DNA of 64,000 nt, taken from NCBI GenBank assembly GCA_964016885.1, contig OZ024756.1:5704001-5768000 (forward strand), in the 5' to 3' direction. Position numbers and translations under genes: made by a program. A model generated the notes under the pieces. That model made no database searches. It was not told where the DNA came from and saw nothing but the letters and a program-made list of their open reading frames with translations. The stretch is from Eledone cirrhosa (lineage: Eukaryota). This document shows positions 1 through 14,348 of this stretch, piece by piece. Each line of letters starts with the position of its first letter. Position 1 is the first letter of the stretch.

Positions 1-3000
1 CTATATATAGAAAGACACAGTTACTATATATAGAAAGACAGTTACTATATATAGAAAGACGGTTACTATATATAGAAAGACAGTTACTATATATAGAAAG
101 ACAGTTACTATATATAGAAAGACAGTTACTATATATAGAAAGACACAGTTACTATATATAGAAAGACATAGTTACTATATATAGAAATACACAGTTACTA
201 TATATAGAAAGACACAGTTACTATATATAGACAGACACATTTACTATAAAATAGAAAGACAGTTACTATATATAGAAAGACGGTTACTATATATAGAAAT
301 ACAGTTACTATATATAGAAAGACAGTTACTATATATAGAAAGACACAGTTACTATATATAGAAAGACACAGTTACTATATATAGAAAGACACAGTTACTA
401 TATATAGAAAGACACAGTTACTATATATAGAAAGACACAGTTACTACATATAGAAAGACACAGTTACTATATATAGAAAGACAGTTACTATATATAGAAA
501 GACACAGTTGCTATATATAGAAAGATACAGTTGCTATATATAGAAAGACAGTTACTATATATAGAAAGACAATTACTATATATAGACAGACACAGTTACT
601 ATATATAGAAAGACAGTTACTATATATAGAAAGACAGTTACTGTATATAGAAAGACAGTTACTATATATAGACCGCAACAGTTACTATATATAGAAAGAC
701 ACAGTTGCTATATATAGAAAGACATTTACTATATATAGAAAGACAGTTACTATATATAGAAAGACAGTTACTATATATAGAAAGACACAGTTACTATATA
801 TAGACAGACACAGTTACTATATATTGTAAGACACAGTTGCTATATATAGAAAGACAGTTACTATATATAGAAAGACAGTTACTATATATAGACAGACACA
901 GTTACTATATATTGAAAGACAGGGTTACTATATATAGAAAGACACAGTTACTATATATAGACAGACACAGTTACTATATATTGTAAGACACAGTTGCTAT
1001 ATATAGAAAGACAGTTACTATATATAGAAAGACAGTTACTATATATAGACAGATACAGTTACTATATATAGAAATAGTGTTACTATATATAGAAATACAG
1101 TTACTATATGTAGAAAGACAGTTACTATATATAGAAACAGACAGTTACTATATATAGAAAGAGACAGTTACTATATATAGAAATAGTGTTACTATATATA
1201 GAAATACAGTTACTATATATAGAAGGACAGTTACTATATATAGAAAGAGACAGTTACTATATATAGAAAGACAGTTACTATATATAGAAAGACACAGTTA
1301 CTATATATAGAAAGACAGTTACTATATATAGAAAGACAGTTACTATATATAGAAAGACACAGTTACTATATATAGAAAGACAGTTACTATATATAGAAAT
1401 ACAGTTACTATATATAGAAAGACACAGTTACTATATATAGAAAGACAGTAACTATATATAGAAAGACAGTTACTATATATAGAAATACACAGTTACTATA
1501 TATAGAAAGACAGTTACTATATATAGAAAGACACAGTTACTATATATAGAAAGACAGTTACTATATATATAAAGACACAATTACTATATATAGAAAGACA
1601 GTTACTATATATAGAAAGACACAGTTACTATATATAGAAAAACAGTTACTATATATAAAAAGACAGTTACTATATATAGAAATACAGTTACTATATATAG
1701 AAAGACAGTTACAATATATAGAAAGACACAGTTACTATATATAGAAAGACACAGTTACTATATATAGAAAGACACAGTTACTATATATAGAAAGACAGTT
1801 ACTATATATAGAAAGACACAGTTACTATATATAGAAAGACAGTTACTATATATAGAAAGACGGATACTATATATAGAAAGACAGTTACTATATATAGAAA
1901 GACAGTTACTATATATAGAAAGACAGTTACTATATATAGAAAGACACAGTTACTATATATAGAAAGACATACTTACTATATATAGAAAGACACAGTTACT
2001 ATATATAGAAAGACACAGTTACTATATATAGACAGACACATTTACTATAAAATAGAAAGACAGTTACTATATATAGAAAGACGGTTACTATATATAGAAA
2101 TACAGTTACTATATATAGAAAGACACAGTTACTATATATAGAAAGACACAGTTACTATATATAGAAAGACACAGTTACTACATATAGAAAGACACAGTTA
2201 CTATATATAGAAAGACAGTTACTATATATAGAAAGACACAGTTGCTATATATAGAAAGATACAGTTGCTATATATAGAAAGACAGTTACTATATATAGAA
2301 AGACAATTACTATATATAGACAGACACAGTTACTATATATAGAAAGACAGTTACTATATATAGAAAGACAGTTACTGTATATAGAAAGACAGTTACTATA
2401 TATAGACCACAACAGTTACTATATATAGAAAGACACAGTTGCCATATATCGAAAGACAGTTACTATATATAGAAAGACAGTTACTATATATAGAAAGACA
2501 GTTACTATATATAGAAAGACACAGTTACTATATATAGAAATACAGTTACTATATATAGAAAGACAGTTACTATATATAGAAAGACACAGTTACTATATAT
2601 AGAAGACACAGTTACTATATATAGAAAGACACAGTTACTACATATAGAAAGACACAGTTACTATATATAGAAAGACAGTTACTATATATAGAAAGACACA
2701 GTTGCTATATATAGAAAGATACAGTTGCTATATATAGAAAGACAGTTACTATATATAGAAAGACAATTACTATATATAGACAGACACAGTTACTATATAT
2801 AGAAAGACAGTTACCATATATAGAAAGACAGTTACTGTATATAGAAAGACAGTTACTATATATAGACCGCAACAGTTACTATATATAGAAAACACAGTTG
2901 CTATATATAGAAATACAGTTACTATATATAGAAAGACAGTTACTATATATAGTAAGACAGTTACTATATATAGAAAGACACAGTTACTATATATAGACAG

Positions 3001-6000
3001 ACACAGTTACTATATATTGTAAGACACAGTTGCTATATATAGAAAGACAGTTACTATATATAGAAAGACAGTTACTATATATAGACAGACACAGTTGCTA
3101 TATATAGAAAGACAGTTACTATATATAGAAAGACAGTTACTATATATAGACAGACACAGTTACTATATATAGAAAGACAGTTACTATATATAGACATATA
3201 CAGTTACTATATATAGACAGATACAGTTACTATATATAGAAAGACAGTTACTATATATAGAAAGACAGTTACTATATATAGAACGACAGTTACTATATAT
3301 TGAAAGACAGTTACTATATATAGAAAGACACAGCTACTATATATAGACAGACACAGTTACTATATATTGAAAGACAGGGTTGCTATATATAGAAAGACAG
3401 TTACTATATATAGAAAGACAGTTACTATATATAGAAAGACAGTTACTATATATAGAAAGACAGTTACTATATATAGAAAGACAGTTACTATATATAGAAA
3501 GATACAGTTACTATATATAGAAAGACAGTTAGTATATATAGAAAGACAGTTACTATATATAGAAAGACAGTTACTATATATAGAAAGACAGTTACTATAT
3601 ATAGAAAGACACAGTTGCTATATATAGAAAGACAGTTACTATATATAGAAAGACAGTTACTATATATAGACAGACACAGTTACTATATATAGAAAGACAG
3701 TTACTATATATAGACAGATACAGTTACTATATATAGACAGATACAGTTACTATATATAGAAAGACAGTTACTATATATAGAAAGACAGTTACTATATATA
3801 GAAAGACAGTTACTATATATAGAAAGACAGTTACTATATATAGACAGACACAGTTACTATCTATAGAAAGACATAGTTACTATATATAGAAAGACACAGT
3901 TACTATATATAGAAAGACACAGTTACTATATATAGACAGACACATTTACTATAAAATAGAAAGACAGTTACTATATATAGAAAGACGGTTACTATATATA
4001 GAAATACAGTTACTATATATAGAAAGACAGTTACTATATATAGAAAGACACAGTTACTATATATAGAAAGACACAGTTACTATATATAGAAAGACACAGT
4101 TACTATATATAGAAATACAGTTACTATATATAGAAAGACAGTTACTATATATAGACAGATACAGTTACTATATATAGACAGATACAGTTACTATATATAG
4201 AAAGACAGTTACTATATATAGAAAGACAGTTACTATATATAGAAAGACACAGTTACTATATATAGAAAGACAGTTACTATATATAGAAAGACACAGTTAC
4301 TATATATAGAAAGACAGTTACTATATATAGAAAGACACAGTTACTATATATAGAAAAACAGTTACTATATATAAAAAGACAGTTACTATATATAGAAATA
4401 CAGTTACTATATATAGAAAGACAGTTACAATATATAGAAAGACACAGTTACTATATATAGAAAGACACAGTTACTATATATAGAAAGACAGTTACTATAT
4501 ATAGAAAGACGGTTACTATATATAGAAAGACAGTTACTATATATAGAAAGACAGTTACTATATATAGAAAGACAGTTACTATATATAGAAAGACACAGTT
4601 ACTATATATAGAAAGTCATAGTTACTATATATAGAAATACACAGTTACTATATATAGAAAGACACAGTTACTATATATAGACAGACACACTTACTATAAA
4701 ATAGAAAGACAGTTACTATATATAGAAAGACGGTTACTATATATAGAAATACAGTTACTATATATAGAAAGACAGTTACTATATATAGAAAGACACAGTT
4801 ACTATATATAGAAAGACACAGTTACTATATATAGAAAGACACAGTTACTATATATAGAAAGACACAGTTACTATATATAGAAAGACACAGTTACTACATA
4901 TAGAAAGACACAGTTACTATATATAGAAAGACAGTTACTATATATAGAAAGACACAGTTGCTATATATAGAAAGATACAGTTGCTATATATAGAAAGACA
5001 GTTACTATATATAGAAAGACAATTACTATATATAGACAGACACAGTTACTATATATAGAAAGACAGTTACTATATATATAAAGACAGTTACTGTATATAG
5101 AAAGACAGTTACTATATATAGACCGCAACAGTTACTATATATAGAAAGACACAGTTGCTATATATAGAAAGACAGTTACTATATATAGAAAGACAGTTAC
5201 TATATATAGAAAGACAGTTACTATATATAGAAAGACACAGTTACTATATATAGACAGACACAGTTACTATATATTGTAAGACACAGTTGCTATATATAGA
5301 AAGACAGTTACTATATATAGAAAGACAGTTACTATATATAGAAAGACAGTTACTATATATAGAAAGACACAGTTACTATATATAGAAAGACATAGTTACT
5401 ATATATAGAAATACACAGTTACTATATATAGAAAGACACAGTTGCTATATATAGAAAGACGGTTACTATATATAGAAATAATGTTACTATATATAGAAAG
5501 ACAGTTACTATATATAGAAAGACACAGTTACTATATATAGAAAGACAGTTACTATATATAGAAAGACGGTTACTATATATAGAAAGATAGTTACTATATA
5601 TAGAAAGACAGTTACTATATATAGAAAGACAGTTACTATATATAGAAAGACACAGTTACTATATATAGAAAGACATAGTTACTATATATAGAAATACACA
5701 GTTACTATATATAGAAAGACACAGTTACTATATATAGACAGACACATTTACTATAAAATAGAAAGACAGTTACTATATATAGAAAGACGGTTACTATATA
5801 TAGAAATACAGTTACTATATATAGAAAGACAGTTACTATATATAGAAAGACACAGTTACTATATATAGAAAGACACAGTTACTATATATAGAAAGACACA
5901 GTTACTATATATAGAAAGACACAGTTACTATATATAGAAAGACACAGTTACTACATATAGAAAGACACAGTTACTATATATAGAAAGACAGTTACTATAT

Positions 6001-7197
6001 ATAGAAAGACACAGTTGCTATATATAGAAAGATACAGTTGCTATATATAGAAAGACAGTTACTATATATAGAAAGACAATTACTATATATAGACAGACAC
6101 AGTTACTATATATAGAAAGACAGTTACTATATATAGAAAGACAGTTACTGTATATAGAAAGACAGTTACTATATATAGACCGCAACAGTTACTATATATA
6201 GAAAGACACAGTTGCTATATATAGAAAGACAGTTACTATATATAGAAAGACAGTTACTATATATAGAAAGACAGTTACTATATATAGAAAGACACAGTTA
6301 CTATATATAGACAGACACAGTTACTATATATTGTAAGACACAGTTGCTATATATAGAAAGACAGTTACTATATATAGAAAGACAGTTACTATATATAGAC
6401 AGACACAGTTACTATATATTCAAAGACAGGGTTACTATATATAGAAAGACACAGTTACTATATATAGACAGACACAGTTACTATATATTGTAAGACACAG
6501 TTGCTATATATAGAAAGACAGTTACTATATATAGAAAGACAGTTACTATATATAGACAGATACAGTTACTATATATAGAAAGACAGTTACTATATATAGA
6601 AAGAGACAGTTACTATATATAGAAAGACAGTTACTATATATAGAAAGACACAGTTACTATATATAGAAAGACAGTTACTATATATAGAAATACAGTTACT
6701 ATATATAGAAAGACACTGTTACTATATATAGAAAGACAGTTACTATATATAGAAATACAGTTACTATATATAGAAAGACACAGTTACTCTATATAGAAAG
6801 ACAGTAACTATATATAGAAAGACAGTTACTATATATAGAAAGACACAGTTACTATATATAGAAAGACAGTTACTATATATAGAAAGACACAGTTACTATA
6901 TATAGAAAGACAGTTACTATATATAGAAAGACACAGTTACTATATATAGAAAGACAGTTACTATATATAGAAAGACACAGTTACTATATATAGAAAAACT
7001 GTTACTATATATAAAAAGACAGTTACTATATATAGAAATACAGTTACTATATATAGAAAGACAGTTACAATATATAGAAAGACACAGTTACTATATATAG
7101 AAAGACAAAGTTACTATATATATAAAGACAGTTACTATATATAGAAAGACGGTTACTATATATAGAAATAATGTTACTATATATAGAAAGACAGTTA

Positions 7198-10100
7198 CTA
7201 TATATAGAAAGACACAGTTACTATATATAGAAAGACAGTTACTATATATAGAAAGACGGTTACTATATATAGAAAGACAGTTACTATATATAGAAAGACA
7301 GTTACTATATATAGAAAGACAGTTACTATATATAGAAAGACACAGTTACTATATATAGAAAGACATAGTTACTATATATAGAAATACACAGTTACTATAT
7401 ATAGAAAGACACAGTTACTATATATAGACAGACACATTTACTATAAAATAGAAAGACAGTTACTATATATAGAAAGACGGTTACTATATATAGAAATACA
7501 GTTACTATATATAGAAAGACAGTTACTATATATAGAAAGACACAGTTACTATATATAGAAAGACACAGTTACTATATATAGAAAGACACAGTTACTATAT
7601 ATAGAAAGACACAGTTACTATATATAGAAAGACACAGTTACTACATATAGAAAGACACAGTTACTATATATAGAAAGACAGTTACTATATATAGAAAGAC
7701 ACAGTTGCTATATATAGAAAGATACAGTTGCTATATATAGAAAGACAGTTACTATATATAGAAAGACAATTACTATATATAGACAGACACAGTTACTATA
7801 TATAGAAAGACAGTTACTATATATAGAAAGACAGTTACTGTATATAGAAAGACAGTTACTATATATAGACCGCAACAGTTACTATATATAGAAAGACACA
7901 GTTGCTATATATAGAAAGACATTTACTATATATAGAAAGACAGTTACTATATATAGAAAGACAGTTACTATATATAGAAAGACACAGTTACTATATATAG
8001 ACAGACACAGTTACTATATATTGTAAGACACAGTTGCTATATATAGAAAGACAGTTACTATATATAGAAAGACAGTTACTATATATAGACAGACACAGTT
8101 ACTATATATTGAAAGACAGGGTTACTATATATAGAAAGACACAGTTACTATATATAGACAGACACAGTTACTATATATTGTAAGACACAGTTGCTATATA
8201 TAGAAAGACAGTTACTATATATAGAAAGACAGTTACTATATATAGACAGATACAGTTACTATATATAGAAATAGTGTTACTATATATAGAAATACAGTTA
8301 CTATATGTAGAAAGACAGTTACTATATATAGAAACAGACAGTTACTATATATAGAAAGAGACAGTTACTATATATAGAAATAGTGTTACTATATATAGAA
8401 ATACAGTTACTATATATAGAAGGACAGTTACTATATATAGAAAGAGACAGTTACTATATATAGAAAGACAGTTACTATATATAGAAAGACACAGTTACTA
8501 TATATAGAAAGACAGTTACTATATATAGAAAGACAGTTACTATATATAGAAAGACACAGTTACTATATATAGAAAGACAGTTACTATATATAGAAATACA
8601 GTTACTATATATAGAAAGACACAGTTACTATATATAGAAAGACAGTAACTATATATAGAAAGACAGTTACTATATATAGAAAGACACAGTTACTATATAT
8701 AGAAAGACAGTTACTATATATAGAAAGACACAGTTACTATATATAGAAAGACAGTTACTATATATATAAAGACACAATTACTATATATAGAAAGACAGTT
8801 ACTATATATAGAAAGACACAGTTACTATATATAGAAAAACAGTTACTATATATAAAAAGACAGTTACTATATATAGAAATACAGTTACTATATATAGAAA
8901 GACAGTTACAATATATAGAAAGACACAGTTACTATATATAGAAAGACACAGTTACTATATATAGAAAGACACAGTTACTATATATAGAAAGACAGTTACT
9001 ATATATAGAAAGACACAGTTACTATATATAGAAAGACAGTTACTATATATAGAAAGACGGATACTATATATAGAAAGACAGTTACTATAAATAGAAAGAC
9101 AGTTACTATATATAGAAAGACAGTTACTATATATAGAAAGACACAGTTACTATATATAGAAAGACATACTTACTATATATAGAAAGACACAGTTACTATA
9201 TATAGAAAGACACAGTTACTATATATAGACAGACACATTTACTATAAAATAGAAAGACAGTTACTATATATAGAAAGACGGTTACTATATATAGAAATAC
9301 AGTTACTATATATAGAAAGACACAGTTACTATATATAGAAAGACACAGTTACTATATATAGAAAGACACAGTTACTACATATAGAAAGACACAGTTACTA
9401 TATATAGAAAGACAGTTACTATATATAGAAAGACACAGTTGCTATATATAGAAAGATACAGTTGCTATATATAGAAAGACAGTTACTATATATAGAAAGA
9501 CAATTACTATATATAGACAGACACAGTTACTATATATAGAAAGACAGTTACTATATATAGAAAGACAGTTACTGTATATAGAAATACAGTTACTATATAT
9601 AGACCACAACAGTTACTATATATAGAAAGACACAGTTGCTATATATCGAAAGACAGTTACTATATATAGAAAGACAGTTACTATATATAGAAAGACAGTT
9701 ACTATATATAGAAAGACACAGTTACTATATATAGAAATACAGTTACTATATATAGAAAGACAGTTACTATATATAGAAAGACACAGTTACTATATATAGA
9801 AGACACAGTTACTATATATAGAAAGACACAGTTACTACATATAGAAAGACACAGTTACTATATATAGAAAGACAGTTACTATATATAGAAAGACACAGTT
9901 GCTATATATAGAAAGATACAGTTGCTATATATAGAAAGACAGTTACTATATATAGAAAGACAATTACTATATATAGACAGACACAGTTACTATATATAGA
10001 AAGACAGTTACCATATATAGAAAGACAGTTACTGTATATAGAAAGACAGTTACTATATATAGACCGCAACAGTTACTATATATAGAAAACACAGTTGCTA

Positions 10101-12640
10101 TATATAGAAATACAGTTACTATATATAGAAAGACAGTTACTATATATAGTAAGACAGTTACTATATATAGAAAGACACAGTTACTATATATAGACAGACA
10201 CAGTTACTATATATTGTAAGACACAGTTGCTATATATAGAAAGACAGTTACTATATATAGAAAGACAGTTACTATATATAGACAGACACAGTTGCTATAT
10301 ATAGAAAGACAGTTACTATATATAGAAAGACAGTTACTATATATAGACAGACACAGTTACTATATATAGAAAGACAGTTACTATATATAGACATATACAG
10401 TTACTATATATAGACAGATACAGTTACTATATATAGAAAGACAGTTACTATATATAGAAAGACAGTTACTATATATAGAACGACAGTTACTATATATTGA
10501 AAGACAGTTACTATATATAGAAAGACACAGCTACTATATATAGACAGACACAGTTACTATATATTGAGAGACAGGGTTGCTATATATAGAAAGACAGTTA
10601 CTATATATAGAAAGACAGTTACTATATATAGAAAGACAGTTACTATATATAGAAAGACAGTTACTATATATAGAAAGACAGTTACTATATATAGAAAGAT
10701 ACAGTTACTATATATAGAAAGACAGTTAGTATATATAGAAAGACAGTTACTATATATAGAAAGACAGTTACTATATATAGAAAGACAGTTACTATATATA
10801 GAAAGACACAGTTGCTATATATAGAAAGACAGTTACTATATATAGAAAGACAGTTACTATATATAGACAGACACAGTTACTATATATAGAAAGACAGTTA
10901 CTATATATAGACAGATACAGTTACTATATATAGACAGATACAGTTACTATATATAGAAAGACAGTTACTATATATAGAAAGACAGTTACTATATATAGAA
11001 AGACAGTTACTATATATAGAAAGACAGTTACTATATATAGACAGACACAGTTACTATCTATAGAAAGACATAGTTACTATATATAGAAAGACACAGTTAC
11101 TATATATAGAAAGACACAGTTACTATATATAGACAGACACATTTACTATAAAATAGAAAGACAGTTACTATATATAGAAAGACGGTTACTATATATAGAA
11201 ATACAGTTACTATATATAGAAAGACAGTTACTATATATAGAAAGACACAGTTACTATATATAGAAAGACACAGTTACTATATATAGAAAGACACAGTTAC
11301 TATATATAGAAATACAGTTACTATATATAGAAAGACAGTTACTATATATAGACAGATACAGTTACTATATATAGACAGATACAGTTACTATATATAGAAA
11401 GACAGTTACTATATATAGAAAGACAGTTACTATATATAGAAAGACACAGTTACTATATATAGAAAGACAGTTACTATATATAGAAAGACACAGTTACTAT
11501 ATATAGAAAGACAGTTACTATATATAGAAAGACACAGTTACTATATATAGAAAAACAGTTACTATATATAAAAAGACAGTTACTATATATAGAAATACAG
11601 TTACTATATATAGAAAGACAGTTACAATATATAGAAAGACACAGTTACTATATATAGAAAGACACAGTTACTATATATAGAAAGACAGTTACTATATATA
11701 GAAAGACGGTTACTATATATAGAAAGACAGTTACTATATATAGAAAGACAGTTACTATATATAGAAAGACAGTTACTATATATAGAAAGACACAGTTACT
11801 ATATATAGAAAGTCATAGTTACTATATATAGAAATACACAGTTACTATATATAGAAAGACACAGTTACTATATATAGACAGACACACTTACTATAAAATA
11901 GAAAGACAGTTACTATATATAGAAAGACGGTTACTATATATAGAAATACAGTTACTATATATAGAAAGACAGTTACTATATATAGAAAGACACAGTTACT
12001 ATATATAGAAAGACACAGTTACTATATATAGAAAGACACAGTTACTATATATAGAAAGACACAGTTACTATATATAGAAAGACACAGTTACTACATATAG
12101 AAAGACACAGTTACTATATATAGAAAGACAGTTACTATATATAGAAAGACACAGTTGCTATATATAGAAAGATACAGTTGCTATATATAGAAAGACAGTT
12201 ACTATATATAGAAAGACAATTACTATATATAGACAGACACAGTTACTATATATAGAAAGACAGTTACTATATATATAAAGACAGTTACTGTATATAGAAA
12301 GACAGTTACTATATATAGACCGCAACAGTTACTATATATAGAAAGACACAGTTGCTATATATAGAAAGACAGTTACTATATATAGAAAGACAGTTACTAT
12401 ATATAGAATGACAGTTACTATATATAGAAAGACACAGTTACTATATATAGACAGACACAGTTACTATATATTGTAAGACACAGTTGCTATATATAGAAAG
12501 ACAGTTACTATATATAGAAAGACAGTTACTATATATAGAAAGACAGTTACTATATATAGAAAGACACAGTTACTATATATAGAAAGACATAGTTACTATA
12601 TATAGAAATACACAGTTACTATATATAGAAAGACACAGTT
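7198..12640 (+). repeat. Near-identical direct copy of 1-5443 (offset 7197)
   Basis: Marker pairs 671/7868 (GACCGCAAC), 2865/10062, 4615/11812 (GTCAT) and pseudo-ORFs 3367/10564 all differ by 7197. Only about half a dozen substitutions seen by eye. Confidence 0.9.
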
Positions 12641-14348
12641 ACTATATATAGACAGACACATTTACTATAAAATAGAAAGACAGTTACTATATATAGAAAG
12701 ACGGTTACTATATATAGAAATACAGTTACTATATATAGAAAGACAGTTACTATATATAGAAAGACACAGTTACTATATATAGAAAGACACAGTTACTATA
12801 TATAGAAAGACACAGTTACTATATATAGAAAGACACAGTTACTATATATAGAAAGACACAGTTACTACATATAGAAAGACACAGTTACTATATATAGAAA
12901 GACAGTTACTATATATAGAAAGACACAGTTGCTATATATAGAAAGATACAGTTGCTATATATAGAAAGACAGTTACTATATATAGAAAGACAGTTACTGT
13001 ATATAGAAAGACAGTTACTATATATAGACCGCAACAGTTACTATATATAGAAAGACACAGTTGCTATATATAGAAAGACAGTTACTATATATAGAAAGAC
13101 AGTTACTATATATAGAAAGACAGTTACTATATATAGAAAGACACAGTTACTATATATAGACAGACACAGTTACTATATATTGTAAGACAGAGTTGCTATA
13201 TATAGAAAGACAGTTACTATATATAGAAAGACAGTTACTATATATAGACAGACACAGTTACTATATATTGAAAGACAGGGTTACTATATATAGAAAGACA
13301 CAGTTACTATATATAGACAGACACAGTTACTATATATTGTAAGACACAGTTGCTATATATAGAAAGACAGTTACTATATATAGAAAGACAGTTACTATAT
13401 ATAGACAGACACAGATACTATATATTGAAAGACAGGGTTACTATATATAGACAGATACAGTTACTATATATAGAAATAGTGTTACTATATATAGAAATAC
13501 AGTTACTATATGTAGAAAGACAGTTACTATATATAGAAAGAGACAGTTACTATATATAGAAAGAGACAGTTACTATATATAGAAATAGTGTTACTATATA
13601 TAGAAATACAGTTACTATATATAGAAGGACAGTTACTATATATAGAAAGAGACAGTTACTATATATAGAAAGACAGTTACTATATATAGAAAGACACAGT
13701 TACTATATATAGAAAGACAGTTACTATATATAGAAAGACAGTTACTATATATAGAAAGACACAGTTACTATATATAGAAAGACAGTTACTATATATAGAA
13801 ATACAGTTACTATATATAGAAAGACACAGTTACTATATATAGAAAGACAGTAGCTATATATAGAAAGACAGTTACTATATATAGAAAGACACAGTTACTA
13901 TATATAGAAAGACAGTTACTATATATAGAAAGACACAGTTACTATATATAGAAAGACAGTTACTATATATATAAAGACGCAATTACTATATATAGAAAGA
14001 CAGTTACTATATATAGAAAGACACAGTTACTATATATAGAAAAACAGTTACTATATATAAAAAGACAGTTACTATATATAGAAATACAGTTACTATATAT
14101 AGAAAGACAGTTACAATATATAGAAAGACACAGTTACTATATATAGAAAGACACAGTTACTATATATAGAAAGACACAGTTACTATATATAGAAAGACAG
14201 TTACTATATATAGAAAGACACAGTTACTATATATAGAAAGACAGTTACTATATATAGAAAGACGGATACTATATATAGAAAGACAGTTAGTATATATAGA
14301 AAGACAGTTACTATATATAGAAAGACAGTTACTATATATCGAAAAACA

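Noticed and set aside
245-251. TATA-box-like TATAAAA in the recurring CATTTACTATAAAATAG monomer, and TATATA in every unit
   Set aside because: Expected in a TA-rich repeat, with no downstream gene or other promoter evidence.
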